A stretch of 64,000 nucleotides of DNA from an uncultured Enterobacteriaceae bacterium (GTDB lineage Bacteria; Desulfobacterota; Binatia; Bin18). The notes beneath the pieces were generated by a model that was not told where the DNA came from, did no database searches, and saw nothing but the letters and a program-made list of their open reading frames with translations. The position numbers were made by a program, and so were the translations under genes. Positions 37,117 through 45,097 of the stretch are shown piece after piece. The stretch is from assembly GCA_964502465.1 (NCBI GenBank), contig CAZCWX010000076.1, positions 16,025 through 80,024 on the forward strand, in the 5' to 3' direction. Numbering within the stretch: the stretch's first letter is position 1; each line of letters opens with the position of its first letter.

Positions 37117-37836
37117 CTAATTCTCGATGACGACTTCTACTCTCCGATTTTTTGCTCTTCCTTCCGGATTGTCAGAGCCGTCTGGGTTGGTGTTCGGAGC
37201 AACAGGGTAGCGCTTCCCATATCCCTTGGTGATGACGCGGTTTGGGCTGACTCCTGAATTCTCCAGCGTCATTGCCACGTTTTCAGCGCGGCGTTCGGAA
37301 AGTTGCTGATTAAAGGCGTCACTGCCGATCGAATCGGTATGTCCCTCGATCGACACACGTCGCCCCTGCGCTTGGTTGTTCAGCACTTGGCTCATATCTT
37401 GTATTTTCATCTGAGCATCACCGGTGAGGTCAGTTCGACCAAAATCAAACAGGACATCAGGAAGATTGACAACCACCCCACGTTCAGTCTCACGTGCCTC
37501 GAGGTTCTGCTTTCTTAATTCTTCGAGCAGTTCCCGGTTCCGTGCGAGTTCTTGTCGTTGCTGTTCGATTTGCTGTTGCTGTTCTTGCGCAACAGTGTCA
37601 CGTTTTTGCAATTGGTCACCAACGAGGGCCCCAGTTCCGGCACCGAGCGCAGTGCCAATTGCCGCGCCAGCTCCAGGACTACCAACGGCTGCCCCGATGA
37701 TCGCCCCGGCAGCACCGCCGATACCACCACCAACGAGGGTACTTTTCTCACGGGTGCTTAATGGTTGCGAACAACTGGCCAACAACGCCACGGCTATCAG
37801 GCAGGCTGTGTTCCGCCAGACAAACATTTTTCTCAT
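37117..37836 (-). CDS. OmpA-family lipoprotein with glycine-zipper and coiled-coil N-terminal half
   Basis: Lipobox LLASC. GGGIGGAAGAIIGAAVGSPGAGAAIG glycine zipper. Q-rich coil. C-terminal OmpA-like domain (FDFGRTDL..., GHTDSIGSDAFNQQLSERRA). Confidence 0.88.
   Translation of the reverse strand: MRKMFVWRNTACLIAVALLASCSQPLSTREKSTLVGGGIGGAAGAIIGAAVGSPGAGAAIGTALGAGTGALVGDQLQKRDTVAQEQQQQIEQQRQELARNRELLEELRKQNLEARETERGVVVNLPDVLFDFGRTDLTGDAQMKIQDMSQVLNNQAQGRRVSIEGHTDSIGSDAFNQQLSERRAENVAMTLENSGVSPNRVITKGYGKRYPVAPNTNPDGSDNPEGRAKNRRVEVVIEN
37615..37775 (-). repeat. copy A of an approximately 160-bp direct repeat (duplicated lipoprotein 5' region)
   Basis: By eye near-identical to 37995-38155 at an offset of 380 bp, with mostly third-position differences. 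Confidence 0.8.
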
Positions 37837-37854
37837 ATCTCCACCTTGTTGATA

Positions 37855-38220
37855 TTAATAGTAATCGTCCTCAGTTGTTCTGCGTTGCTGGCGCTTGAGC
37901 TCTTCCATTTCTCGGCGTTGCCGTTCAATTTCCTGTTGTTGCTGCTGAATCTCTTGTTGTTGCTGAGATTGCTGAGCATCTTGGCTTTGGAGTTTATCAC
38001 CGGCAAGAGCACCAGTCCCGGCTCCCAAGGCTGTTCCAATTGCCGCGCCGGCTCCAGGACTGCCAACAGCTGCCCCGATAATCGCCCCGGCAGCGCCGCC
38101 GATACCGCCACCAACGAGGGTACTTTTCTCGCGGGTGCTTAACGGTTGCGAACAACCGCTCGCAATGAACATCAGGGCGAGTATCGCCCCTCCCAATCTA
38201 ACGCTCCGTACTGTTATCAT
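37855..38220 (-). CDS. glycine-zipper lipoprotein (paralogue of the N-terminal half of the OmpA-family gene)
   Basis: Lipobox FIASGC. The CSQPLSTREKSTLVGGGIGGAAGAIIGAAVGSPGAGAAIGTALGAGTGAL block is identical to the downstream gene. ATG 38220 lies 8 nt after GGAGG. Confidence 0.75.
   Translation of the reverse strand: MITVRSVRLGGAILALMFIASGCSQPLSTREKSTLVGGGIGGAAGAIIGAAVGSPGAGAAIGTALGAGTGALAGDKLQSQDAQQSQQQQEIQQQQQEIERQRREMEELKRQQRRTTEDDYY
37995..38155 (-). repeat. copy B of an approximately 160-bp direct repeat (duplicated lipoprotein 5' region)
   Basis: See copy A. Confidence 0.8.
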
Positions 38221-38324
38221 ACTGTGCACCTCCAAAGTCACAGATAAGGAAATAAGCTTATCTTAATCGGCAAAATTTTCTGCGTCAATAGAAATACTCA
38301 TAGACAGACAAGACCCTCTCCGGG

Positions 38325-38816
38325 CTATGCCCGATTCTCCCGGAATGACGACCACAAGATCCCGATTACACCTAAGGTGATGCAGGCGTCAGCCACATTG
38401 AAGGCGGGCCAGTGGTAGCCTCGCCAGTGAAAGTCAAGAAAGTCAATGACATGGCCATAACGGATTCTATCGATGAGATTGCCTAATGCCCCGCCTATAA
38501 TTGCACTTACCGACACCACAACGGACCGACGGTCCCCATCCGTGTGGCGGAGAAAAAATAGCAAAGCACAGACCGCTACACCCGTTGCAAGCAGGAAAAA
38601 AGGTTGACGAAACCACGCTGGTGTGTGCGCAAGCAAGCCAAAAGCCGCCCCCGTATTATAGACAAGGGTTAAACGGAAAAAGGAGTCGATAATCGGTACC
38701 GACTCATGAAGAGCTAAAGCTTGCAGGGCTAGTGTCTTAGTCACCTGGTCGAGCACAAGAATTGTACTCACGAAAAGAATCAGGGTACGTGTCTTTGCAT
38801 TCATGAGATCAGTCAA
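38325..38816 (-). CDS. lspA: lipoprotein signal peptidase II
   Basis: NTGAAFG, GNLIDR and FNVAD motifs, four TM segments. The start overlaps the ileS stop. Confidence 0.93.
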   Translation of the reverse strand: MTDLMNAKTRTLILFVSTILVLDQVTKTLALQALALHESVPIIDSFFRLTLVYNTGAAFGLLAHTPAWFRQPFFLLATGVAVCALLFFLRHTDGDRRSVVVSVSAIIGGALGNLIDRIRYGHVIDFLDFHWRGYHWPAFNVADACITLGVIGILWSSFRENRA

Positions 38817-41800
38817 ACTCCGTCGCGTCGCACGCCAAGAGTGAGGGCAGCCCTGTCAATGTCTAGCGTTTCAACCCGATCGCCGATCGGTTGCCCACGT
38901 TGGAGCGAGCGAGCCAGCGTTTCTTTTTGGATGTAGGCGGTATGCCGGTCGATGGCCGCAGCGAGGTGAGGCTCCGCCTCGTAAATCACGACAATGCGGT
39001 CTTCAACCTGGTAACCAGCATTCCTGCGCATCTGTTGAATGACATGCACGATCTCTCGCGCCAATCCTTCGGTGATGAGGTCGTCATCCAGAATACAGGG
39101 GAATTCAATCGAGATGAACCGGTCAGACCGCACATCTGGTGCACCATCTCGAGCCTGGCGAAGGATCTGAATTTCATTTGGCTGAAATGTCTCTCCTGCA
39201 AAAGTGAGAGACTCGCCTGCTTCTAGCGTGAGCATCTGTTCGAGTGTCAGATTGGCAACGTGTTTACTGACTGTACTAAACGATTTCCCAAAGCGAGGGC
39301 CCAGCAACTGAGGATTGGGTTTGGCGCTGAGGGTCACCTTCGTGTCTTCAGCCGTACTGTACCTGACCTGTTTGACATTCAACTCTTCACGAATGTACCC
39401 TTCGAGCGGCTTCAATTCGTCAAGGATACGCTCTTGCCGATGAAGGATTGTGAGGATTGAAAGCGGCATGCGAACTTTTACTTTGCGTTCATTGCGCAAA
39501 CTCCGGCCAAGCAGGATGACCCGCTGCATGCGTGCCACTGCATCTTCCAACTGTATATCAACAGAACCTTCATCGCAGGCAGGGAATAATTCAAGATGTA
39601 CACTTTCGGCGGTGGTCTTTTCTTGTAGAGCACTTAAGTTGCGGTAGATAGCGTCGGCCAGAAACGGAGTAAAAGGGGCCATGAGCTTGGCGAACCCGAG
39701 TAAGATTTCATACAAAGTGCGATAGGCAAAGCGTTTATCTTCGTCGGCGCCCTCGCTCCAGAAACGTCGCCGGTTGAGGCGCACATACCAATTGGTCAGC
39801 TCGTTGAGAAAATCGAGCAAGGCTGGCACGACGTTATAGAGACGATAAGCCTCCATCTCGTCACCCACGCGGCGGATGAGGGTTTGCTGGCGCGATAAAA
39901 TCCAACGATCAAGAATGTTTGGCGAATGTCCCGCAGGGGTATACTCTGGTCGCCATTTATCAACGAGGGCATAAGTGACAAAGAATTTATAGGCATTCCA
40001 CCACGGCAACAGGAGACGGCGGACGGTATCGCGCACTCCTTGCTCGCTAAAACGTAGCTCTTCGGCTCGCACCAGGGGGGAATTAATCAAGTACAACCGT
40101 AAGGCATCAGCGCCATGTTCGGCGATAACCTCTTCAGGCTCAGGGTAGTTCTTCAGGCGCTTGCTCATCTTCTTGCCGTCTTCGGCAAGAACAAGACCGT
40201 TGACAACCACGTGATGGAAAGCGGGCTTGTCGAACAGACCAGAAGCAATCACCATTAAGGTATAGAACCACCCTCGAGTTTGATCGAGCCCTTCGGCAAT
40301 AAAGTCGGCAGGAAAAAAATGCGAGAAGTCATTCGCATGTTCAAAGGGATAATGGAGTTGTGCGTATGGCATCGAGCCACTTTCGAACCAGCAGTCAAAG
40401 ACATAAGGAACTCGGCGCAGTATCCCTTTGCCAGCGGATGAAGGAAAGGTCAGGTCGTCAACGAATTCACGATGAAGATCCGTCACTCGTACCCTGGTTC
40501 GCTCTGCCAGTTCAGCGACACTGCCGAGGCACACGACTTCACGCTCATCCTCACTCTTCCAAATTGGCAGCGGAGTCCCCCAGTACCGGCTACGGCTGAT
40601 CGCCCAGTCTCGCGCGTTTTCCAACCAGTTGCCAAAGCGACCGTCACGGAGATGAGCAGGAATCCAAGAGGTCAAGCGATTGTTTGCAACTAAACGCTCC
40701 CGGAACGCTTCGACTCGCACAAACCAAGTGGTCACAGCACGATAAATGAGCGGCGTATCACTACGCCAGCAAAACGGATAGCTGTGAAAAATCGTTCCTT
40801 GGTGAACAAGGTTTTTCTCACGCTTGAGGCGCTCGATGATCTTGGGATCGGCCTCTTTCACATGGAGGCCAGCAAAGTCGCTCACCTGCTCAGTAAAACG
40901 GCCTTCGTCATCGACTGGATTGACCAGATCGATCCCAGCCTTTTGGCAGGCGGAGAAGTCATCCTCGCCAAAAGCCGGAGCGATATGGACTATTCCCGTG
41001 CCCTCTTCAGTGGTGACATGCTCAGCCGCAATCACCCGAAAACCCCCGTGGTCTTTTCGAGAAGAAAAGTAGGGGAAGAGCGGGGCGTAGGTACGCCCCA
41101 CGAGATCCTTGCCTTTGTAGTGCTGTTCGATGGTGTACGTGCTGGCCTTAGGGAAATATACCTTGACGCGTGCTTCGGCCATGATGTAACAAGTACCGTC
41201 TGCGTGATCCCGGACTTTGATATAATCGATCTCTGGACCCACGGCCAAAGCTAAATTGCTGGGTAAGGTCCAGGGGGTAGTTGTCCAGGCGATAAAGAAG
41301 GTTTTCTCTTCACCCTCGGCGGCGAAACGTACAGTGATTGCCGGGTCTTGAACCTCTTTATAGTTCAGATTGGCCTCGAAGTTAGAGAGGACAGTGCTGA
41401 GGCGGGTCGAGAACGGCACGACCTTATAGCCTTCATAGACCAGGCCCTTGTTCCAGAGCTGTTGAAAGACCCACCATACGGTCTCCATGAACGGGAGGTC
41501 CATCGTGCGATAGTCATTGCGAAAATCTACCCAACGGCCCATACGTCGGACCGTTTTCTCCCATTCTTGGGTATAACGCAGCACAATTTTCCGACACTCG
41601 GCATTGAACCGCCCCACTCCGAAGCGTTCGATAGCAGTTTTTCCCTCGAGACCGAGAGTCTGTTCAATTTCCATTTCGACTGGGAGACCATGACAGTCCC
41701 AACCGAAGCGACGGTCCACGTAGCGTCCGCGCATGGTCCAGAACCGAGGAATGATATCCTTGATCGTGCCGGCAAGCAGATGACCATAATGCGGTAAGCC

Positions 41801-41950
41801 AGTGGCAAAAGGCGGCCCATCATAGAAAATAAATGGCTGTTGATGTCGGGTCTTTAGTAGGGTTTTTGCGAAGGTGTCGTTTTCGTCCCAGAATTGCAGA
41901 ACTTCTTGTTCAACCTCCGAAAGCTTGACGTGTTCTTCAACCGGTTTCAT
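38813..41950 (-). CDS. ileS: isoleucyl-tRNA synthetase (long, type-2-like architecture)
   Basis: HIGH-class motif PHYGHLL and KMSKR motif GKKMSKRL. 1045 aa. Conserved ileS-lspA pairing. Confidence 0.98.
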   Translation of the reverse strand: MKPVEEHVKLSEVEQEVLQFWDENDTFAKTLLKTRHQQPFIFYDGPPFATGLPHYGHLLAGTIKDIIPRFWTMRGRYVDRRFGWDCHGLPVEMEIEQTLGLEGKTAIERFGVGRFNAECRKIVLRYTQEWEKTVRRMGRWVDFRNDYRTMDLPFMETVWWVFQQLWNKGLVYEGYKVVPFSTRLSTVLSNFEANLNYKEVQDPAITVRFAAEGEEKTFFIAWTTTPWTLPSNLALAVGPEIDYIKVRDHADGTCYIMAEARVKVYFPKASTYTIEQHYKGKDLVGRTYAPLFPYFSSRKDHGGFRVIAAEHVTTEEGTGIVHIAPAFGEDDFSACQKAGIDLVNPVDDEGRFTEQVSDFAGLHVKEADPKIIERLKREKNLVHQGTIFHSYPFCWRSDTPLIYRAVTTWFVRVEAFRERLVANNRLTSWIPAHLRDGRFGNWLENARDWAISRSRYWGTPLPIWKSEDEREVVCLGSVAELAERTRVRVTDLHREFVDDLTFPSSAGKGILRRVPYVFDCWFESGSMPYAQLHYPFEHANDFSHFFPADFIAEGLDQTRGWFYTLMVIASGLFDKPAFHHVVVNGLVLAEDGKKMSKRLKNYPEPEEVIAEHGADALRLYLINSPLVRAEELRFSEQGVRDTVRRLLLPWWNAYKFFVTYALVDKWRPEYTPAGHSPNILDRWILSRQQTLIRRVGDEMEAYRLYNVVPALLDFLNELTNWYVRLNRRRFWSEGADEDKRFAYRTLYEILLGFAKLMAPFTPFLADAIYRNLSALQEKTTAESVHLELFPACDEGSVDIQLEDAVARMQRVILLGRSLRNERKVKVRMPLSILTILHRQERILDELKPLEGYIREELNVKQVRYSTAEDTKVTLSAKPNPQLLGPRFGKSFSTVSKHVANLTLEQMLTLEAGESLTFAGETFQPNEIQILRQARDGAPDVRSDRFISIEFPCILDDDLITEGLAREIVHVIQQMRRNAGYQVEDRIVVIYEAEPHLAAAIDRHTAYIQKETLARSLQRGQPIGDRVETLDIDRAALTLGVRRDGV

Positions 41951-42117
41951 CGTGTGGTGTTCCTTGTTCGCATTAAGATGCCTCGTGTAGGCTATCGCCT
42001 GGGGTCACATTTGGCTAGAGGGAGGAAGGAAAGCGCAGGACTGGCCTTGACCGAGCTTTCCGCAAGAAAAACAATGTCGAAGGACTAAGTGAGGTGAACG
42101 AACAGGAGGATTTTTGC

Positions 42118-42327
42118 ATGGGGAAGCGGATGATGGTCGACTTCTCTAAGGCCGGTTTTCCTCAGTATGACGAAATAGAAGAGGAGGGCATGGCTAAGCC
42201 CTGTGCCATGGGCCTCCCTTGGGTGAATGTTGATACGTTGAGAACCTTGGATCGCAGACATATCCACAAGACCGGTCCCAAGGGTGAACCAATGGAAGCT
42301 CAGGACACACCAGCGAAGGCGCCCTGA
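42118..42327 (+). CDS. hypothetical small protein
   Basis: ATG 42118 lies 8 nt after AGGAGG. 69 aa with no recognisable motif. Confidence 0.3.
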   Translation: MGKRMMVDFSKAGFPQYDEIEEEGMAKPCAMGLPWVNVDTLRTLDRRHIHKTGPKGEPMEAQDTPAKAP

Positions 42328-42354
42328 GACGAGGGAGATGAAAAAGCGTTCCGT

Positions 42355-42744
42355 TTACTCGCGGGTGAAACGCTTTGCTGAACGCGTGCGAGCAACACGT
42401 TCAGCACTAAATAATGGATGCCTATACCTTCGCACACCGTAATAGTAGCAACATAACTCATTGTCTAAGTCGTTATTGAAAGTGCGCTGTTGACCGTCCT
42501 CGAACTGAATACGGATCAAACAGGTGCCGCCGACAAGGACCGAGGTCATTTCTTCTACAACGACCCCTTGACCCCATTCTTCATAATTGAGGTGTGCTAC
42601 TCTATCGCCGAGTCTCAGGTAAAGGCGCTGGTTCTCGTACACGCTATATCCTAGCGGCTTACTGCTGTTTTTTCTGTTGTAGCGGAAAACCAGGAGGCGA
42701 ATCAAGGAGACGAGTATCAAGAAAGAAGAGCGTACCAGGAGCAT
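42355..42744 (-). CDS. hypothetical TM protein with DUF3553-like/Tudor-like C-terminal domain
   Basis: Internal ATG 42744 avoids overlap with the DUF2063 gene. Hydrophobic LLVRSSFLILVSLIRLLVF, then GDRVAHLNYEEWGQGVVVEE, reminiscent of the small GDRV.H..(F/W)G.G.V domain. Family assignment is tentative. Confidence 0.5.
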   Translation of the reverse strand: MLLVRSSFLILVSLIRLLVFRYNRKNSSKPLGYSVYENQRLYLRLGDRVAHLNYEEWGQGVVVEEMTSVLVGGTCLIRIQFEDGQQRTFNNDLDNELCCYYYGVRRYRHPLFSAERVARTRSAKRFTRE

Positions 42745-42812
42745 TGGCCTCGGTACTTGTCTTCCTTGCTTCCTTGCTGCAGCGACCGGGGGCAAAAGAT
42801 TTTTCTCGGTGC

Positions 42813-43613
42813 TTACTGCCGCTGGAGGATACCATCTTCGACCCAACGGATAAGTAGGGCGCCCACCTCTTGTGCTGCGTGTTCGGGGGGTACCAATGAC
42901 TCAACCGTCTCGCAAATCGTTGCGAACGCCTCCCCTGCTTGTACGCATTGAAGTGCGTGTTGCTCGATCGGATCCATGCTGGCCTGGTACACAATAAAAT
43001 TGTCACGCCACACACGCACAGCCGTCTCAACGGGCTGCGCGAGCGTCCAGTCTACTGCCATCTCGTCCCCCAAAATGGACCAGATATCGTGAATCGGCCA
43101 GGCGCTGGTGAGAATCTGACAGGCAGGGATCAAACAAAATTTCAGCTGAGGCCATTCTTCTGGCGGGATGGCCTGTAAATCTGTCATTTGGAGGGGAACA
43201 GCATCACAAGCGTCGAATACCTCCAAGCGTGCCCACTCAAGCCGCGCCAAGTCGGGCAGGAAGGGGAACATTTTCCTGTCTCGGTGCGTACTGAGAAATG
43301 TTGGGAAGGAGCGACCGATATACCGCAAGGAAGGATGAACTGAAGGAGTGCCGGCCAAGTAGACACGGGCGACTGCACGAAAATGTTCAGGACCTAAGGC
43401 GGCAGCGACACGCAGAAAATCCTCACTCAGCGCATCAAGGATCCGGGCGCAGTACATTTGCGCGTAAATATCGATGCGCTCTTCAGCTCCAAGCGGCCCC
43501 CGACCCTGGACAAGCTGGACGAAATCTGGATCAAAACCATACTTACTAGCTGCAGGCGGTGGGGAAGCAATGGCCTGAAAAAATTTTAATTGTAATTCAC
43601 GCAGAGTGAGCAT
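42813..43613 (-). CDS. bufC: DUF2063-family partner protein of the MNIO (BufC/HvfC-like)
   Basis: N-terminus LRELQLKFFQAI....ERIDIYAQMYCARILDALSEDF is typical of DUF2063. Start overlaps the DUF692 stop by 17 nt. Confidence 0.85.
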   Translation of the reverse strand: MLTLRELQLKFFQAIASPPPAASKYGFDPDFVQLVQGRGPLGAEERIDIYAQMYCARILDALSEDFLRVAAALGPEHFRAVARVYLAGTPSVHPSLRYIGRSFPTFLSTHRDRKMFPFLPDLARLEWARLEVFDACDAVPLQMTDLQAIPPEEWPQLKFCLIPACQILTSAWPIHDIWSILGDEMAVDWTLAQPVETAVRVWRDNFIVYQASMDPIEQHALQCVQAGEAFATICETVESLVPPEHAAQEVGALLIRWVEDGILQRQ

Positions 43614-44445
43614 AGTTCATAGTGAGAGATTGGGATGCAAACGCGCGCGCACGTTCGGCTTCGGCGCAGAGCACCTCGAACTCGGGGACCTGATCATCCC
43701 ACTCAATCAGGGTTGAGACTTGCCCGAAGCGGCGCACTGCCAGGCAGTAGAGTTCCCACACTGGCTCAATGACAAGACCATCATGCGTATCTAACAGGTA
43801 TGTCCCTTTGTTACTGTGCCCCGCCAGATGGATCTGGCCAATGCGATCTAGTGGCAGTGCCGTTAGGTATGTTTCTGGCGCAAAGCCGTGATTCCTCGCA
43901 CTGACATAGACATTATTCACGTCGAGGAGAATACCACAGTCAGCCTGTTCGGCAATTTCTGCAAGGAAAACCCACTCGGGCATTGTCGAGTGCGAGAAGG
44001 TCAGATAGCTGGAGACATTTTCGACCAAGATCTGGCGACCGAGCCAGTCCTGCACTTGCCCTATCCGTTCAACAACGTGCCTGAGGGCTTCCTCAGTATA
44101 TGGCAGTGGCAGCAAGTCGTGCGCATAATGTCCACCGACACTCCCCCAACACAGATGATCTGATATCCAGGCAGGTTCGAAGCGCTCCACCAATACGCGC
44201 AGATGACACAGATAGGCTTCATTCAAGGGATCGGTCGAACCTAAAGAGAGGGAAACCCCGTGCAAAACCAGAGGGGCGAGTGAGCGGGCTCGTTCGAGCA
44301 CTGCCAGTGGCCGCCCACCACGGATCATGAAGTTTTCGGAGATCGCTTCAAACCAGTCTACCTGCGCCGTCCCCTCCCAGATACGAGGAAAATGTTTGGT
44401 GCGCAACCCGACGCCATGACCGAGGTAGGGAACTGTACAAGCCAT
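43597..44445 (-). CDS. bufB: DUF692/MbnB-family multinuclear non-haem iron oxidase (BufB/HvfB-like)
   Basis: GVGLRTKHF...VDWFEAISENF...LHGVSLSLGS...ISDHLCW...ENVSSY...LLDVNNVY...IHLAGH are canonical DUF692 (TIM-barrel) blocks. Confidence 0.92.
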   Translation of the reverse strand: MACTVPYLGHGVGLRTKHFPRIWEGTAQVDWFEAISENFMIRGGRPLAVLERARSLAPLVLHGVSLSLGSTDPLNEAYLCHLRVLVERFEPAWISDHLCWGSVGGHYAHDLLPLPYTEEALRHVVERIGQVQDWLGRQILVENVSSYLTFSHSTMPEWVFLAEIAEQADCGILLDVNNVYVSARNHGFAPETYLTALPLDRIGQIHLAGHSNKGTYLLDTHDGLVIEPVWELYCLAVRRFGQVSTLIEWDDQVPEFEVLCAEAERARAFASQSLTMNYAHSA

Positions 44446-44527
44446 ATAGGCGACTGCTTACTTTCTTGAACCAAACGAAACCGAGACCCCGGATGGTGGA
44501 GACCGAGGCCTCGTCTTCTCCTGGCTG

Positions 44528-44794
44528 TTATTGCTTTGCTTCGACGATCTTCCCGCCCTTTGCCTGGCATTCCTCGGCACTCGTTTGCACCCAGCCTTGC
44601 CCTTTACAAGCGTTTTGTCCTTTGCACGAGTTGCCCGCTCCAGCGCAGGCTCCGTGACCCTTACACTCATTAATACCGGCACAGTGGACTGGTTCAGAAC
44701 CGGCTTTATCAGTCGCCCGTGCCACGAGGCTACCGCCCACGATCAGGCCTGCTACCGCGCTTGCAATCATCACCCCTTTTCCGAATGTGTTCAT
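44528..44794 (-). CDS. bufA: Sec-exported Cys-rich RiPP precursor (BufA/HvfA-like, 6 Cys)
   Basis: 88 aa. GGAGG lies 9 nt upstream. Signal peptide MNTFGKGVMIASAVAGLIVGGSLVARA. Core is HCAGINECKGHGACAGAGNSCKGQNACKGQGW...EECQAKGGKI. Confidence 0.85.
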   Translation of the reverse strand: MNTFGKGVMIASAVAGLIVGGSLVARATDKAGSEPVHCAGINECKGHGACAGAGNSCKGQNACKGQGWVQTSAEECQAKGGKIVEAKQ

Positions 44795-44837
44795 TGTCCT
44801 ACCTCCTCTAGGTTATGTGAATGAGTGGATTCCTTTT

Positions 44838-44857
44838 CCAACGCTGATCGGCGTTGG
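44838..44857. promoter_or_regulatory. perfect 7-6-7 inverted repeat upstream of the precursor gene
   Basis: CCAACGC-TGATCG-GCGTTGG lies 44-63 nt upstream of the bufA-like ATG. Could be an operator or a 5'-UTR hairpin. Confidence 0.3.
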
Positions 44858-45097
44858 ATCACCTTGAATCACGCTTGTTTCAACTGCTTGTCAATCCCTT
44901 GCACCTCCTCCTGAGAATAGTATGCAAAATATGATAGGCAGCCTCTCAGACATTCGGGCATGAGAGATTGTTGTCTCTCCTGTCCTCCATTGTCGCATCG
45001 GAGCCTGCTCTCTCGGATGTTCGGATGAAGGAAAAAGTTTCACATGCCATAGCACAACTTCATGCTGTAAGAAGCCCTGGGAGAGGAAATATGACGG

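Noticed and set aside
42745-42846. N-terminal extension of the 42355 ORF overlapping the DUF2063 gene.
   Set aside because: It overlaps the 3' end of a well-supported gene. The internal ATG 42744 gives a sensible TM start.
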